The position numbers were made by a program, and so were the translations under genes. Shown in pieces: positions 13,672-27,253 of a DNA stretch of 64,000 bases (the stretch's first letter is position 1; the number at the start of each line of letters is the position of its first letter). The notes under the pieces are model-generated. The model saw only the letters and a list, made by a program, of their open reading frames with translations. It ran no database searches and was not told where the DNA came from. Source of the stretch: Octopus vulgaris (lineage: Eukaryota); contig OX597815.1 of the NCBI GenBank assembly GCA_951406725.2, positions 7,936,001 to 8,000,000 on the forward strand, read 5' to 3'.

Positions 13672-15020
13672 TTTTCTTTCATATAGATGGGACGTTACTA
13701 AAAGGCAGGTTACATAACGTGTAACAGCTTACAAGAAATATATAAGGGAGAAATTAAATGTCATAAAAGGAGAAACCGTATATATCGTAAATAAATAAAT
13801 TATAATACAATCCTTCTGATGATACACTCCCTCTGTTAGAACGAGGACTTCAAGTCAGGTCAGTCAAAGAATTTCACAAGTTTGGATCACCCTGATCGCC
13901 TGGGGCAAGTGCTCTCTTTTAACTACCAATCTCTGATCAACAGGTACATGCTGAGAGAAAACCCAATCGATCTTACCTTTTCATCACTGTTACCCACCTT
14001 TTAATACATTTGCAGTAGGAAAGTACTTTCACATTTGCACCTACGTTTCTTTTGAAATGAAACTTGAAAAAGATAATAAGAGTTTCAACAAGGATGGAAG
14101 TGTCTGTCTTCAGTACTTGCTTTCTCGTCCATCACACAACTTCTTTCTTTATACATCAGAAACAAGAAAACAGCCTGCTTTACTCGGCTAAAGGAAGGTG
14201 GTGTGGTATTCTTCCAGATAAATACGATCAATAGCTAGATTCATTCTATACGTGACAACAGATATTCTGTGTAGCATCACAAGTCAGTAACGACGGCTGC
14301 GCAGTGGTTTCTTCTCTCTGCACACATCTGGGATAGACCCGTATGATGGTATTTCAGTGCCTGTAAGGCGGCGAGCTGGCAGAAACGTTACCATGCCGGG
14401 CGAAATGCTTAGCAGTATTTCGTCTGCCGTTACGTTCTGAGTTCAAATTCCGCTGAGGTCGACTTTGCCTTTCATCTTTTCGGGGTCGATTAAATAAGTA
14501 CCAGTTACGCACTGAGGTCGATATAATCGACTTAATCCGTTTGTCTGTCCTTGTTTGTCCTCGCTGTGTTTAGTCTCTTGTGGGTAGTAAAGAAATAGGT
14601 ATTTCGTCTGCCGCTACGTTCTGAGTTCAAATTCAGCCGAGGTCGACTTTGCCTTTCATCCTTTCGGGGTCGATTAAATAAGTACCAAATACGCACTGGG
14701 GTCGATGTAATCGACTTAATCCGTTTGTCTGTCCTTGTTTGTCCTCGCTGTGTTTAGTCTCTTGTGGGTAGTAAAGAAATAGGTATTTCGTCTGCCGCTA
14801 CGTTCTGAGTTCAAATTCAGCCGAGGTCGACTTTGCCTTTCATCCTTTCGGGGCCGATTAAATAAGTACCAGATACGCACTGGGGTCGATGTAATCGACT
14901 TAATCCGTTTGTCTGTCCTTGTTTGTCCCCTCTGTGTTTAGTCCCTTGTGGGTAGTAAAAAAATAGGTATTTCAGTGCCTGTAGAGTTCATCTCTCGACC
15001 CAGTAGTGTCTCGCGATAGC
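13672..15020 (-). mobile_element. Decayed L1/Tx1-like LINE 3' fragment interrupted by a SINE trimer
   Basis: Minus-strand remnants RDELYRH, PRCVQREET, TPPSFSRVKQAVFL, KEVV*WTR, FKFHFKRNV, KRWVTVMKKVR resemble the post-RT zinc-finger C-terminus of L1-clade ORF2; T-rich 3' UTR. Confidence 0.68.
14366..14965 (+). mobile_element. SINE family A trimer
   Basis: Units restart at GGTATTTCGTCTG (~14598, ~14782); 18-bp TSD GGTATTTCAGTGCCTGTA at 14348-14365 and 14966-14983. Confidence 0.94.
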
Positions 15021-15773
15021 ATTACAGACCACAAATTTTAGTAAATAAATTATCCACAGTCCCGTCCAAGACGCCTTCCGAAACAAACAGACAAACATAA
15101 AAAAAGGCCACATAATATACAGAACACTGATGTTCTAGACGAAGAGCCAGAAACGAGAAGCGGGCAAGGAAACGGAAACTGATAAAGAAACTGGCAAGGA
15201 AGCGGGAACCAGGAAAGGAACCAGGAACTGGCAAAGAAACTGGAAGCAAGCAAGGAAGCGGGAAAGAAGGAATAAAGCTGGAAGTGGGCAAAGAAGCGGG
15301 AAGCGGAGAAGTGCGTGTGGCGCAATATGAAGGAAGTGTAGGCTTGAAAGTCGTCGAAGTTATGTCTGAAGAATGAGAGACGGTCTTCAAAAAAAGATAT
15401 GAAAGGTAATGCATACAGACATATATATACATGAACATTGACATACAAATAGGGATGTACTCAGGAATATTCCTACATAGACGAGTATAGCTGCTGATGG
15501 AATGTAGAGTATTGAAGTGTTTAAAGACTTAGGCATATAGACAAGAGAATAAAGGCAATGGTTGACTAGACACACACGGACACACACGCAGACGAACACA
15601 CACGGACGAACACACACGGATACACACAAACACACGCACGGACACACAGAGACACGCGGGCACACAAGGGCACGCACATGGACACAGATAAAACACACAC
15701 ATCGACACACATATCACAAAACTGGAGAGTCTATGTTATACAATTTTAATTGAAATTGCTAGATAATTATGAT

Positions 15774-15804
<31 letters not shown>

Positions 15805-15940
15805 GTGTGTGTGTATGTGCATTTGTAGATGGATGAATACAGTGGTAGCCCTGTTACCCCCAAAATAAAGAATATTTATCCACCTATGTGCAGTTGAATA
15901 CTCATTCTCACTGTCCGATATTAACGTTTGTGTGTGTGCG

Positions 15941-16031
<91 letters not shown>

Positions 16032-16134
16032 AATATATATATATATGTGTATGTATGTCTGTATGTAGTATATATGTATGTATATATATATGTGTGTGTG
16101 TGTGTGTATTTATATACACACACACACATAAAGG

Positions 16135-16447
16135 GTCAAGATCCCCCTTCGGTCTCGACACTGACCATGGGATTGCACCTAGCAAGTTATCCTCCCAGGC
16201 ACAAGTCCGAGCAAGGTTGTTTATGGAAGACCAGCAGTCACCCATGCATACCGGCCTCCCCTCCCCACACCACTGATGATATCCAAGGGAAAGACAAAGG
16301 TCGATACAGCTTGGCACCAGTGACGTCGCAACTCATTTCTACAGCTGAGTGATCCAGAGCAACGTGAAATAAAATGTCTTGCTCAAGAACAAGCTGCCCG
16401 ATCCGGGAATTGAACTCACTAGCTCTAACCACTGACCCATGAGCCTT
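16135..16447 (-). mobile_element. tRNA-derived CORE-like SINE, family D
   Basis: Minus strand: ATGGGTCAGTGGTTAGAGC..GAGTTCAATTCCCGG, then TTCTTGAGCAAGACATTTTATTTCACGTTGCTC..CACTCAGCTGTAGAAATGAG. Confidence 0.82.
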
Positions 16448-16749
16448 ATTCGTACATACTTATATATATATATATATATATATATGTGTATATATATATA
16501 TATACATACATATATTTATATACATATATATATATGTTTTATATGCATATGTATAAATGTATATATATATATATGTGAGTATATATATATATATAGAGAG
16601 AGAGAGAAAGAGAGGGAGAGAGAGAGAGAAAGAGAGGGAGAGAGAGAGAGAGAGGACAAACATCTATCTATGTACATACAGACAAATAGATACATACATG
16701 CATACGTATTTTTATTTATGTACAATACATATATAGCAAGGGATACAGT

Positions 16750-17215
16750 GAAACGCGACATTTTCAAAGCAAAAATACAGGAAAAAAATAAAGGAAGAAG
16801 TACAAAGAATTGAAGAAATTCATAACGATGCAGCGGTAGAAAGAAAAGAAGACAGAAGGTAAGGAAAGAATTAAGAAAGAAAAAGAAAAGGGAGTAAATT
16901 CTAAGATAAGGACGAGGAAGACAATAAGAAATTAAGAAAGGAAGGAGAATAGAAAAGACGAAAGTAAGCAATACGGAAAGATAAGAAAGAGCGAGAGATG
17001 AGAGGAAGAGAGAGAGAGAAGGAGGGATTGAAGTAAGAAAGTAATTAACCAGGAAATCAAGCCTGTAATAAATGCAAGATGCCTGATATTTAAATTCCTG
17101 TATTACCAATTCCAACATTAGATAATTCCTTCCGATATCGAGATTAACTGCTGTGATTAGGTTTAACTCTACACTATTTCCTCTTGATTTGTGGATATAA
17201 AACTAGACGTTTATG
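16750..17215. repeat. Unclassified dispersed block homologous (inverted) to 55400-55870
   Basis: Shared CAAATCAAGAGGAAATAG, CAGCAGTTAATCTC, GTTGGAATTGGTAATACAGGAATTTAAATATC and a pyrimidine-rich tract ending TGCTTT(G/-)AAAATGTC. Confidence 0.8.
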
Positions 17216-18094
17216 GATTGGCTTGGGAAATACATCATGGCCGACTCTTAGCAAGATACTGATCGATCCACTACTTCTACTATTGTATACTGTTCTGCGA
17301 CTGTTGTTGTTCTTGTTGTTGTTGCTGATCTTTATCCTGGGGTCAATTCTGGCTGATCCTGCCTACGATCAAAGATATCCCAATTTTAAGCATCACGTCT
17401 TTTTTCTTTTTGATCGTTACTTTCCGTGTTTATCGAACTGCTGTCACACCAACCTTACTCTAATGCAAAGGTGAGATGGCTGCATTAAACTGCCCACTCA
17501 GTTATATTTGAACTCAGGTCGCGAGTTCAAATATTCGGCTGGTGTCACATGCTCACCCGTATCAGTGATAATCCTTTCTTGCTTACGTGAATTTCACACA
17601 ACACTCCTTTCCTAAAAATGCTTGTCATGGAATGCTTGTCATGCACACCAAGCATAGAACACAACTCTATTCGAACATAGAACACAACTCTATTCGAACA
17701 TTGAGCACAACTCTACTAGAAAAACATCTCTTCTTCTCACTTTGCTACTCTGGAAACAGAAAATTCCTAACTCTTGAGCTAGCCATCAAAGCACGCATTA
17801 GTTACTCAGTGTTGCTAAACGGTATGGAGATTGCTTACACACGTACCTGTGCCCCTCTCCCCAACACACACACATACACACACACACACACACACATTCA
17901 CACACAAATATATATAAAGTTCAAACTGACTGGAACTTCAAGTTTCGACTGTGAAGAGAGCTCAGCCTTCCAGGTTCATTTTTATATCGGAAGACAAGAA
18001 AACGGAAAGCCTCATCAATAGACCCCTACTTTTATATATGAGTATGCGTCTACATACGTATACGTCCTGTCCATATCCATATACATATGTGTGC

Positions 18095-19108
18095 GGCAGG
18101 CTCTCATAAGTGCTACTGGTAACAGGGAAAACAGGTTTCATGGTCGGGTTGTCGGCGACTAAACCGGCACCCCCACCAAGTTACCCTGGTGAGGAGGGTT
18201 GTTAGAAACTCAGCAGGATTAAAAACAAGACCTGCTGAAAGGTCAGATGAACCTCATCGAGGTTCAACGGCTATCTATCACGGGTACCTAGAAATTCCGG
18301 GTTGATGCCCGACGTGCTAGACGACCACTGGGAGTGAGGCACCCCTCAGCTTCTGTTGAATCATGTCTCTAGGAGAAGGTCACTCTGATATAAAACCACA
18401 TATGCAGGGAATGGCATTGGACAGTTTGGGGAACTTGGGTTTGTGCTAGAGATCATGTACACTTACATCGCCCCTTTACCCATGTGAGACATGGACCCTT
18501 TGCAAACGTCATGTAAAGGTCCTTGAATGCTTTCATCAGAGATGTCTGAGGCACATTCTGAACGTTGGCTGAACCTTAAAAACTCCAGACACACAGGTCC
18601 TGAGGACAGCTGATCTCTTGAGTATTGAGGCGATGGTGCACAAGCACCGGTTACGTTTGGGCTGCACACCTTATTAGAATGAAGGATAGCATGGTTCCTA
18701 AGGAGACGCTATACGGGGAATTTGTGAATGGAAAGAGAACCCAGCAGAAACCAAGGCTGCGATTTAAGGACTGTATCGAGTCCTCATTAAAGGCCTGTGA
18801 TATGTAGAAGACTGACTGGGAGAGCACTACCTGCCATCACCACATATGGGGGAGGCAGATTAAAGAAGAGGTCGACATCTTTGAGAGAGTCCGTATTCTG
18901 CACGAAGAATTTAAGCGTGCTGCTCGAAAGAGTACTGCTAGTGTAGTGAATGGGTAAAACTTGGTTTGCAATATTTGCAGTCGTGTATGCTTGTCTCATT
19001 AGACACCAGCGGAGCCGCAAATGCAAGATATAAGTTAGTCCTAGAGTGTACAATGTTCCTAAAGGTTAGCAATGGTCTTCCTCAGTCACGAGTGGATGAT
19101 CATCATGT
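18095..19108 (+). mobile_element. RTE (BovB-like) LINE derivative: 5'-UTR-like segment joined to the ORF C-terminus
   Basis: CLRHIL..PDTQVL..SIEAMVHKHRLR..HLIRMKDSMVPKETLYGE..GKRTQQKPRLRFKDCIESSLKAC..DWE..CNICSRVC; short ATC-type tail. Confidence 0.82.
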
Positions 19109-19202
19109 ATGTGGTATGATTACGACTCCATTTTATAGCAGTATATACCACTTATACACTAGTGACAAATAAAAGATCCCAGACGCATCTATATATCTTA
19201 TA

Positions 19203-19583
19203 CTAGCAGTATCGCCCGGTGTTGCTCAGGTTTGTAAGGGAAATAACTATAAAGCATTTTTAGAGAGTTATAGCCAAAAAATAGCAAAAAAATGGAAAAA
19301 AATGATGGTAATTTTTTTGAGAGTTAAAAAAGGTGGAGTTGCGTCCCCTAGACAGTTTGTGGTTTGTGTTTCTGATTCTCGACCCCATGTCGAATTTATC
19401 GATTTTTTTCAGAACTGGGGGAACTTTTCAAAATTTTCGCTGCGTTAGTTTTGAATTATGACATTGGGCTATGTGTGTCTCAAGTTTCATCAGAATCGGT
19501 TGAAAGCCGTGGTCAGGGTGAGGGTACAAGAAACAGACACACAGAAACACGCACAGACAAACTGCCGTTTATATAGAGAGAGA
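19203..19583 (-). mobile_element. Non-autonomous Helitron
   Basis: 5' TC..TATATAAA, 3' hairpin CCTGAGCAACACCGGG followed by GATACTGCTAG, inserted between A and T. Confidence 0.85.
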
Positions 19584-19754
19584 TTATAAAAGAAAAGCTG
19601 ATTTCAGTCTGTCTGTCCGTCTCAACATCAATTAGAGGGGAGGAAGAAAGAGAGGGAACAAAAGTGTAGATAACTCCGCTCACAACGTTTATTTAGAAGA
19701 AGGGTAGGAGAAAAGTTGCTGAGAGAAATACATTGAGACAGAGGGAGGGAAAGA

Positions 19755-19870
<116 letters not shown>

Positions 19871-20117
19871 ATATCAACACAGATATCAGAGAAATTATTA
19901 TATGTGTATATATAATACAGATAGTTATCGTTTTGGTTTTTGTGTATATGTGTGTATGTGTGCGTGTGTATTTGTGTGTGTTCGTGTGCATTTCTGTGTC
20001 TTTCCACGTATTGACAATGCAACACAGACTTTTAAAAAATAGACTTTCACTCTAGTGACAGGTTGTTGTTGTTTTTGAGAGAGAAATTCAATGTGTGTGT
20101 GCGTGTGTGTGCATATA

Positions 20118-20161
<44 letters not shown>

Positions 20162-20297
20162 GGAGAGAGCGTGTGTGTTAAAGATAGAATTAAAATTTGT
20201 TTCAAGAAAAACAAAACAGGTTGTTGTTGATCATTGTAGTAGGCAAGGTTGTTACCCGGTAGCATAGCACACACACACTCACACACACACATACACA

Positions 20298-20367
<70 letters not shown>

Positions 20368-21060
20368 TACATTTAGATCTTCTCTTCGCTGTTTAGATGA
20401 TTACTATCATATCCCTGTATACCTTCTATTTTTACACTTAACAGCCGAATTAACCTTCATTTTATAACACAGTCCCATTTATTAATTATCTACTTTTATT
20501 TATATAAAATAAAAATATTAATTATTTATTTATATATAATTATTCACTTAAAATATAGTTCTTAAGTTACTCTGTGTTTTTATACAGATCTGTATTGATC
20601 TCTTTAGATCTAATCTCTGTTTGCGTGCGTAGGCAGTTGTCATATTTCTCTGTTATTAGCCTCTGTCTTAAATTTACCATAACATTACCTTCATTTATTT
20701 TTGTTTACTAAACCACTTAATAGCTAGTTTAATATATTTCCCCTTACAATTAGCATAATTTATTTCATCGGTTTCTTACAGCTTTTAATAACTTAACAGC
20801 TTGTATATCCAAACAGAATAATATAATACTTACAGCTTTCCTTTCTATGCTAATCATTTTAGCTTGTTAATTCTTCTCTGTTGCTAATCACAAATGTGAT
20901 TGTAATAGCGAATATCATAAATATAGCCTTATAGTAGGCCTTAAAACACACATATATACATATATAGGAAGTTAACAATTTTTAAATAAATCTCTGGACG
21001 AGGTATATGGAAAAATGATATATGTATTTGCATTGGGACCCCTTCGCATCGAAGACCGGT

Positions 21061-21115
21061 GATTGTTGTGCGCTGATGACGGGTAAATATTCAGAAACCC
21101 GGGTCCGTGCGTATC
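21061..21115 (+). ncRNA. Decayed type I hammerhead-ribozyme-like motif
   Basis: TGTGCG-CTGATGA-CGGGTAAATATTCA-GAAAC-CCGG-GTC-CGTGCG; palindromic stem III, wobble-rich stems I and II. Confidence 0.5.
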
Positions 21116-21464
21116 ACGTCAGGTCGACGATGGGAAGGATGGCTTCCCTTTGCAAATACTGATAGGTCACAGAAAGTGTGTCAAGAGCCAGCTGGAGATG
21201 TTCTCCTGGGGATACAAGCTACAGCAGCATCCACCCTTAGTGGTTATCCACATTTAGGTGGCAAATACATTTCACGTTAATAATTTTTCGTTTTCTTATT
21301 AACAAAATTTTCAATTTACATATCTTTATACATTGACAGACATCAGACTAAAAATTTTGTTAAGTCAATCTACTTATAAGCTATCCGATTACCTCTATGT
21401 ACGGTTTTTTTTCTTTAACCGAATATTGAACTAGATCCAATTTGCAATATTTTTGATAAGATGG

Positions 21465-21682
21465 TCTGCAGGCAAAATCGCTAGTGCGGATGACAAAATT
21501 CTTATTCCGGCTTTTTACATTCTGAGTTCAAATTCCACCGAGATTGACTTTGCCTCTCTTCATCCTTTTAGGGATTGATAAATTAAAGTACCAATCAAGT
21601 ACTGGGACCCATGTAATCTACTAGTCCCGCCCCCACACTAAAACTGCTTACATTATGCCAAAATTTGAAACAATTATTATTT
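21465..21682 (+). mobile_element. Degenerate SINE-A-related copy
   Basis: TTCTGAGTTCAAATTCCACCGAGATTGACTTTGCC..CATCCTTTTAGGGATTGATAAATTAAAGTACC. Confidence 0.75.
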
Positions 21683-22055
21683 CATCCAATAGTTCTTTTA
21701 CTGTATAATCGTGCTCTGCCCTGTGCACTTTGGACATGTAAGGTTTGGGTTTTGTTGACAACAATCGATGCAAATATGTATTTACTGTGACAACATTCTA
21801 TGTAATATGTACAGTGCTGAGAAGTGCTTTTTTCTCCATGCGATCTTTTCTACATCGTATTTACAGTTGCAGGAAAATCAGAATGTTGCTACTTTAGTAA
21901 TGAACATACTGAAACCATCATGAGCAAATCTGCTTCTAGAAGAAATGCTATTTTTGTGATGGTGTCCACAGTCACCACTCTATTTGTCTTAGAAAGGACG
22001 GAACTTGACTCACCTGCAAAAATGTTAGATATTCTTCACGAGTTAGATATTCTTC

Positions 22056-22477
22056 AGGCGCAGGAGTGGCTGTGTGGTAAGTAGGTTGTTTACCAACCAC
22101 ATGGTTCCGGGTTCAGTCCCACTGCGTGGTACCTTGGGAAAGTGTCTTCTACTATAGCCTCGGGTCGACCAAAGCCTTGTAAGTGGATTTGTTAGACGGA
22201 AATTGAAAGAAGCCCGCCGTATATATGTAAATATATATATGTGCGCGTGTATGTTTGTGTGTCTGTGTTTGTCCCATCCAGCATCGCTTGACAACCGATG
22301 CTGGTGTGTTTATGTCCCCGTCACTTAGCGGTTCGGCAAAAGAGACCGATAGAATAAGTACTAGACTTACAAAGAATAAGTCCCGGGGTCGAGTTGCTCG
22401 ATTAAAGGCGGTGCTCCAGCATGGCCGCAGTCAAATGGATGAAACAAGTAAAAGAGAAAAGAGAAAGAGAAAAAGAG
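22056..22477 (+). mobile_element. SINE family B, full length
   Basis: Matches 8153-8534 head, core and tail. Confidence 0.93.
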
Positions 22478-22949
22478 TATGTCAATCAAAAAGAATCAGC
22501 ATCTCAGTAAATCCGCATCTACAATTCTCACTACCACTAGGGCGCATAAGGGACACACATTTGGAAAAGCTATCAGTGTACACATGGCCAACCAACGTAT
22601 TCATACGTCACTTAATTCTAGTAAAGCCACCAGTTTCATTGATGTTTGCAAGAATCTCTCTAATTTCAGCAATATCCTTCGAATTGGCCGGGCAACTCAA
22701 TACAAACACCTATGCACGTTTTTTCTCCCAAAATTGTTTAAATGTTTTACCTATCCTATATTATTCTATAATTTGGGAGAAAGACTTCCGGACACGACAC
22801 GACTCTGTTGCATTTAAACCCAGAGGTTAATTAAAGCATTTTACAGTTAACTGAATTGTTTCCATGTTACTAACCCCTTTTCGTTCTTGCCTGCTTTGGA
22901 CCCAATTTCTACTAAATCTCTCTTCACTTCTCTTCACTTTATCAAATGT

Positions 22950-23764
22950 TTACAGGAAAAAGAGGCCAAACGGCTTTATTGATGACGCGCTATTGAGCCC
23001 TTAATCTCTTCATGACAATCACAAGAGAAAGTAATGAGAAACAGGGATTATCAATGCTTTCTTATTGATTATCCACAAACGATAAATCTTTGCTCCTTTC
23101 TAGATGTCTATTCACTTCTTACTATTGAAGTCAGTCTTGCGCGTTCCGTTTCTTCTAATGAATTCTACAGCAAGCTGGAACCGAAAGCTGCAAACATAAT
23201 ATACACCTCGGCAATGCTAAGAAATACACTTCATTTCAAGTTCATAGCCACTTGTTCCAGTTTATAAGGTTACCTTTTGGCGTAACTAATGCTACCAGCG
23301 CTTTTCAAAGAGTGTTAGATAGCATAATTACTGACAATGATATCAAAGTATTTCATGCAACATTCATTGTCATTGTCAAAATTATTAAGGAGCATCACGA
23401 GAGTTTGGCTAAATATATTTCGGTATTACATTGGACAATGACAAATATCTTCTCAGCTATACAGCCATTTGTTGCCAAGGACACAAAATAGACAATAATT
23501 CTCTGTGACCTAACCCGGAAAGATAGAAACCCCTCGTTGATCATCCAAGGCCAATCAATGCCAGACAACTAAAACTTCAACTTGGTTTGTTTCGTTACTA
23601 CTCTGGGTGTCTCTTTCTCAGAATTATTTCAATCCCTACCAAATTCTACTTTTCCATTTTAAAAAGACACATTAATTCTATTTGTCTACTTAAAACTTCA
23701 ATAGATGCATCTCTCTCTCTCTCTCTCTCTCTCAACTTTCTCTTCATCACTCTCTCCCTCTCTC

Positions 23765-23809
<45 letters not shown>

Positions 23810-25330
23810 TCTCTCTCTCTCTCTAAACCTACCTGAAATTTCACTATACTTGAAATTGACCTTTTTAATCTAGAATTTAAGGTGTCCCTTCACAGTGAAT
23901 AGAATCTCGCATCCAATGAAAATAACTCTATGGCTAAGAGAGATATTGCTGAGGAATAACGGCCATTTTTACTTCAAGGCTATTTTATATTACACAGTGA
24001 TAGACAAGCGATCTCATTTAAATATAATCAAAAAAGTAAAGGAAAAACGATTGCAAAAATCTTCCCTAACACATAAAATTGTCTCCCTGCAATATGACAT
24101 CCGCATTCATCTAGATAATGCAGCCGCCCTTGCATTTTCCAGGTACTCCTCAATAACATTTTCTGGTATCACAAATTTTCAAGAATTTTTGTGTCATTCT
24201 GGAGTGACTCGATTATGGCATAATGTCAGATCTGAGAATTTGCAATTATTTTTGAGAGGTATTTGAGAGCGTCACATAATATAATTTGAAACCAAGATTT
24301 TACCATATCACTCACTCAAATTTAATTAAGTTCATTTGAAAATTTCTTGTTGACTTTAAAGGTCCACCACCATCTAATTTTACCGCCACTTTTTGTGGCC
24401 ATAAATGAACACTCAAGATTTCCCTTTGCGTTGATGCTTAGAACTGACATTTCTTACAGCACTTCTCTGTTTTCAAAATGTATTCTGCTTGCTTGACACT
24501 CCAGCTTCGATCTACTCAGAGTTAGAGTCACAATTTATGTTTCGAGATATTTGTACATTTTGGGATGACATTAATATCCGGATAACATTGGTGATGCTTT
24601 ATAAGCTAAAACAATTTCATAGCATTTTATTGGAAACAGTCAAGTAGGACGTCTAGATGAGACTTTGTGGAGATCAATAACACATGCGCTTAGTTCATGG
24701 AAGCTACCAGAAAAACGATGGAATAACATATTGGTCGAAATCTCTCTCTCTCTCTGTTTATCTGTCTGTCTCTGTCTGTCTCTGTCTGTCTGTCTGTCTG
24801 TCACACACACACACACTCTCTCTCTCTCTCTCACTCATCACCACCACTTTGCACTGCAACTCATCTGACGTCTTCTGAAAGGTTATTTAACTTTTAATGT
24901 TTCTCATCAACAGGACTGTCCGAACCAGATAAAATTTCGGTTGAGCATTTTAACCCCAACATTATATATGTGCTAAAGGTCAATCATGTTAAACTAAGTG
25001 ACGATCCTCATCACTGTGGGTGGAAGTGCTGCATTGGATGAAGCGAACTCTCTGGCTCCGTAAATGGAATAATTCCAACCGATTCTAGCTGCAGTGACAT
25101 ACTGAGAAATCAGAGTCAACAAATATGCGAACGGAGGTCGTCAGCGTCGATCCGTTTATTGAAGATGAAGCCACAGCTCCACCTGATAAAATTTATTCAT
25201 CATTCCTGAAATCACCAGAAGTCCAAATCTGTGAATCACCGATGAAAGCAACGAATTGTTTCATCCCGGTCCAGCTGCACTGTGTAGTCTTTAATCGAAG
25301 ACTGACAGCCAGCCATTTACCATAAATATA
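22950..25330 (+). mobile_element. Heavily decayed Ty3/Gypsy LTR retrotransposon pol (RT, RNase H, integrase)
   Basis: IDYPQTIN..LDVYSL, RLPFGVTNATSAFQRVLD (RT), DNAAALAFSR (RNase H end), LCHSGVTRLWH (integrase zinc finger), VDFKGP, GQVGRLDETLWRSI, LCTAT; RT-RH-IN order; many stops and frameshifts. Confidence 0.82.
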
Positions 25331-25802
25331 GGGACATCTCTTTGTTATCGCAAACATGCTACGTGTACCGAAGAGGGACGATTTAGCTTCAGTTTTTAGT
25401 CACAACACCCCATATTTGGTGGCAGGTAAAGTGACCATGGCGGGATTTGAATCCAATGTCTAAAGGGACGTAACTGAGTTCTACAAAGTATTTTCTCCGT
25501 TATTTTACTTTCCGGTAATTCTCCGCCCTTTTCTTTTGGACAGAAAGGAGAGTAAAGTGAATTGGTTCCAAACAGGATTTGAAACCCGATTACTGGCTCG
25601 GCTCAGTGATTAATTCACTTCCTAATGTACAGCATATGATAATGCGAGTTTTGTTGTTGTTGTTGTTGTTGTTGTTGCTGCTGCTGCTGCTGCTGTTGCT
25701 GATGGTGATGATGATGTTGATGAAGATGATCAGGTTGTTATTGTTGTGGTTAGTGCAGTTGTTTCCTGTTACTGTCGAAGGTATGGCTCCAGTTAGACTT
25801 GC

Positions 25803-25843
<41 letters not shown>

Positions 25844-25982
25844 ATATTATTTATGTATTTATGAAATTTCATTTTTGATAATTTTCAACACTGTAAGTGA
25901 AGACATTTTTTTTACTCCTAAAAGTGAAACGCAGTTTCTTTCTTACTTTCTTTTTTTTGTTTCTTTCTTTCTTCTCTCTCTC

Positions 25983-26025
<43 letters not shown>

Positions 26026-26637
26026 TTTAATTTATTCACTTCACACTTCCAGTCTTCCTTTCTCTCCTTGCTTGCTTTTCTTTTTTTTCTTTCTCTTTTT
26101 TTTTTTTTTTTAAATCTGCCAATTCTAGTTTCAATTAAGAATATGCCTTTTGATACATCTTCTGCTGCACACCATTGCTGCCTCGGCATCCACCACCCCA
26201 CCACCACCACCACCACCACACCATGCCTCACCACCTGGAGCTGCTGTAGAGAATTAGTATTGGAAACTTGGTACCATCATCAAAGGAACTGCTGTAAGTT
26301 TCTTCACAAGATATTTCATTCACTCAAACATTTTCTAATAAAGCAAAAAAAAAAAAATTGCTCCAAAACAAAAAAAAAAAGAACAAAAAGGAAAAGATAT
26401 CGAAATGAAACAAAAAAAAAAAAAACAAGAGAAGAAATACTGTGAATTATATTAAAAGAAATCTAAAAGTAGAAGAAGCCCGGATGTTGTTTTAATGAAT
26501 TTCTTCACACTGTTTATATTTGGAATATTGAAAGATCTGAAGGATATCAAAATGTTGGATGTCATTTTTCGAATCTTTCTCTTTCGTCTTCTTCACTTTA
26601 TTTTATATCATATTATTAAATTATCTTCTCTGTATAC

Positions 26638-26694
<57 letters not shown>

Positions 26695-26707
26695 CATCAT
26701 TATTATT

Positions 26708-26738
<31 letters not shown>

Positions 26739-26747
26739 TTATTATTA

Positions 26748-26811
<64 letters not shown>

Positions 26812-26846
26812 TACTATTACTATTATTATTATTATCATTATTATTA

Positions 26847-26877
<31 letters not shown>

Positions 26878-26900
26878 CATCATTATTATTATTATTATTA

Positions 26901-26978
<78 letters not shown>

Positions 26979-27032
26979 TTATTATTATTATTATTATTAT
27001 CATTAATTAGTATTGTTATTATTATTATTATT

Positions 27033-27121
<89 letters not shown>

Positions 27122-27197
27122 CTTATTATTATTATTATTATTATTATTATCATCATCATCATCATTATTATTATTATCATTATTATTATCATCATCA

Positions 27198-27253
<56 letters not shown>

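Noticed and set aside
17504-17534. Hairpin ATATTTGAACTC..GAGTTCAAATAT
   Set aside because: Probably two eroded opposing SINE B-box fragments; too short to interpret
25640-25850. Poly-A/H/Q transcription-factor-like peptide on the minus strand
   Set aside because: The protein-like pieces lie in different frames separated by stops
26140-26300. Possible plus-strand first exon ending at GCT|GTAAGT (similar donor at ~29162)
   Set aside because: Isolated donor motifs are expected by chance in 64 kb; no linked coding exon found
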